From the NCBI GenBank assembly GCA_052426225.1, contig JBNJNM010000011.1:1054001-1118000 (forward strand): a stretch of 64,000 bases of DNA, given 5' to 3'. The position numbers and the translations under genes were made by a program. This DNA comes from Zancudomyces culisetae HAW-14-8. Lineage: Eukaryota; Fungi; Kickxellomycota. The notes beneath the pieces are model-generated. The model was given only the letters and a program-made list of their open reading frames with translations. It did not search any database and was not told the origin of the DNA. Each line of letters opens with the position of its first letter. Position 1 is the stretch's first letter. Below are positions 61,601 through 64,000 of this stretch, one piece after another.

Positions 61601-62493
61601 AGAACGACGAAGAGGCATCGCTTGGAGATTATGTAAAACAGCCAGATATAAACGAGAAGGAAGGCTATTTTGTGGAGCACTATGTGTTTAAGAAACTTCC
61701 TACGTCAGTCAACGGGATTATTACCGGTTCATTCTGGCTAGAGGCATACGGAGACATGGTTGTTAAAAACATAAACTCTGGTGACGCTACTGAGCTGACA
61801 TTCAAGACTGCAGGTTGGACCGGCGATACCAAATATAAAGTTGAAGGCTGTGCCAAAAACAGGGCTGGTAAAAAAACCCATCTGATTCTTGGGAGATGGA
61901 CTTCTTCGATCTTTGCCAAGCCTGTTGACGATAAAACCGCTACGTCTGCATTCAATGAAAAAGATGCTGTTGACGACACTTTTATCAACAGCTCGCTGGA
62001 AACTAATATCAGCTCTTACCCACGTGCGTGTGTTGGCTCGGCCACTGGTGAACACGCCAATGCTTTTCGATTCCCCAAGAAACCGTTTGTCCTGTGGAAA
62101 AAGAACCCTTCTCCCCCTGTTCCGATTGGCTACAACCTAACTGAGTTTGCTGCGTCCCTGAACTACATTCCCGACCACCTCAAGAAATATCTGTGCCCCA
62201 CCGACTCTCGCTTCCGACCTGACCAGAAATGCATGGAGTCGGAAGACTACGACCGAGCAGATATTGAAAAAAATCGTTTGGAGGAAAAACAGCGCGCAGT
62301 CAGACGTGATCGAGAGTCTGGTCGACTTGCTCCACATAAACAGCGGTGGTTTGTCCAAGATGTTGATGCCGATACTGGCGAGTCATACTGGAAGTTTACG
62401 GGTGAGTACTGGGCGGAACGTGAACGAGTCTCTAACCTGGTATCTTCTGGAAGTGCTGATGTTGAATGGAATGATATCTCGGATATCTTTTAA
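58655..62493 (+). CDS. Oxysterol-binding protein Osh1/Osh2 type (ankyrin, PH, FFAT, ORD); exons 58655-58709, 58778-58825, 58931-62493
   Basis: Ankyrin TPLHLAA/TPLHCAV. PH domain KWGNYAVGYKTRWF. FFAT-like EDEFLDAEE. ORD motifs KPFNPLLGETFE, EQVLHHPP, PTDSRFRPD. Confidence 0.95.
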
Positions 62494-62998
62494 GCTACAT
62501 TTTGCTTCATATTTAACCCTTGCCACGCCTATTTTCTTTTTCTTTTTTTTTTCTCTTTAGTTTTTTATTCTATACTTACTTAGCTGAATACACAGATAAA
62601 AAACACAAGTGAGTGTGGGAGTGGTGTGGGAGTGGTGTGAGTCAGGCGATCGGTAGGCCAGTAGTGGGGCCTAGCTGCACTGTTGATGCTGAGAATGCTG
62701 AATGATTCCTGCCTATTTAGAGTTTGAATTTCGACATTTTCACGTAGCTAATCCCAAGACAAGAAAAACAAGATGAAATTTTTTTATATTTCTCAGCCAA
62801 TCGGGTTTGATTTCTTGTGAATAGAACTTTTGATCAGTATCCATTTAATATTTCACTAGTGTATTCTCTATTGCTAAATACAAAAATATACTGAATAATA
62901 AAAGGTAACCGTTGTATTGTAGACTGACACACCTAAAACAATGGCCAACTAAATACCATCCATAAAATTTACTTTATATACTTTATACTAGATTAGAA

Positions 62999-64000
62999 AT
63001 GTTATCACAACCAAAATTTACCAGATTTCATCGGCTTTTTCCAAACCAAACACACTTAAATAGCGGTATAATTAGACATAAATCCGCAGTCAAAAATACC
63101 TTGAACAGTCATCGGAGGTATGTCCCATACTATATGACATTATTTCAGCAACCAGTATACAGGCAAGAAGTAGGACAAAAATTGTATCATAATGTCACCA
63201 GTACAAAGATTGTTTCTAGGCGGTTTTCAACCTTGAAGAAAATATCAGATTCAGAACACAAAAAGACAATTGATGAATCGAAGAACGATGGTCATATCAA
63301 TATTAATCATGCTCAACAGCCTGTAAAGTGCCAACCCAGCGACAAAGTTTGTAAAATAAAGTCGCTGCATTCTGAATTTCAGCATCCCATTTTTCTTGGC
63401 AGCGAACCAGATGAAAATCAAGACATTCTACGAACAGAACTATCTCTACAAAATGACCAACCCGAGGATTTTTTGATTAAAATGATTGATTTTTCCGATA
63501 ATTTTGTATCTTTTACCGGTAACAATGGCGGCTACTGGCGATATTTAAGAAGCGTAATGAAAAGTCCCAACAAAACCAAAAAACACAGCAATGAGAGTTC
63601 GGAAATGATTGATATGAAAAAACATAAAGAATCAGGACTGGAAAAGGCTATAGATCAGCGAAAAAATTTGGAAGCAGCTAATCATTTTCAAAAAGATGCA
63701 GATATACGTGTAAAACAGGATCAAGGCCAGGGCCAGGTTCAAAACCATAGCCAGAGTAAAACGATCAAGGATTATAAGGACGAAACACTCGACATCCCTG
63801 GTAAAAAACATGATGTTTCTAATCAACACTATGACAATTATAACAAAATTGGTAGAAAATTTAAGGAACGAACTACCTATCACTCAAAGAATTTGAGCAG
63901 TGGACTTGTATCGGTAAACGGTAGATACTTGCAGCAACTGCAACTGCAACAGTTAGCTCAAAAAGATTGTAATACCAGTAAAGGACTGCCTGCTAATTCC
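62999..64000 (+). CDS. Hypothetical protein, open to the window end (possible mitochondrial presequence)
   Basis: ATG at 62999 with no stop for 334 codons (MLSQPKFTRFHRLFPNQTHL...KGLPANS). Absent from the ORF track because it has no stop inside the window. Confidence 0.7.
   Translation, partial: MLSQPKFTRFHRLFPNQTHLNSGIIRHKSAVKNTLNSHRRYVPYYMTLFQQPVYRQEVGQKLYHNVTSTKIVSRRFSTLKKISDSEHKKTIDESKNDGHININHAQQPVKCQPSDKVCKIKSLHSEFQHPIFLGSEPDENQDILRTELSLQNDQPEDFLIKMIDFSDNFVSFTGNNGGYWRYLRSVMKSPNKTKKHSNESSEMIDMKKHKESGLEKAIDQRKNLEAANHFQKDADIRVKQDQGQGQVQNHSQSKTIKDYKDETLDIPGKKHDVSNQHYDNYNKIGRKFKERTTYHSKNLSSGLVSVNGRYLQQLQLQQLAQKDCNTSKGLPANS

Noticed and set aside
62609-62642. GTGTGGGAGTG x ~2.5 as interstitial telomeric sequence or a CRISPR-like array
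   Set aside because: Too short and without spacers. No CRISPR array, tRNA or rRNA was recognisable anywhere in the window.

Overview
This is an AT-rich, intron-containing eukaryotic window. The gene content and short GT-AG introns look like an early-diverging fungus; that is an inference, not a species call. Housekeeping genes: ABC-class ATPase (partial), PAK/STE20-like kinase, RPL26, DHHC palmitoyltransferase, mS38/COX24, a TPR protein, RPT5, RRB1, MPP10, DCAF7-like WD40, cyclin H, UBE2C, a TPT-family transporter and Osh1/2-type OSBP. The main structure is two ~3.3 kb cassettes in inverted orientation (~10.4-13.65 kb, + strand; ~45.0-48.3 kb, - strand). Each has ~1.7 kb of highly similar non-coding DNA followed by an intronless PD-(D/E)xK restriction-endonuclease-like ORF, and each lies tail-to-tail with a peroxisomal acyl-CoA oxidase gene. 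A third, intronless acyl-CoA oxidase shares patches of near-perfect identity with the first. Both the nuclease-like genes and the oxidases are mosaics, which suggests a nuclease-linked gene-conversion, homing or inversion system (hypothesis). Other points: a strongly base-paired candidate ncRNA (~27.42-27.66 kb); a secreted cationic Cys-rich protein inside 66-bp direct repeats; a frameshifted HNH-telobox Myb fusion; a probable PAK pseudokinase; and a DHHC active site split over micro-exons. All alignments and splice models were made by eye.
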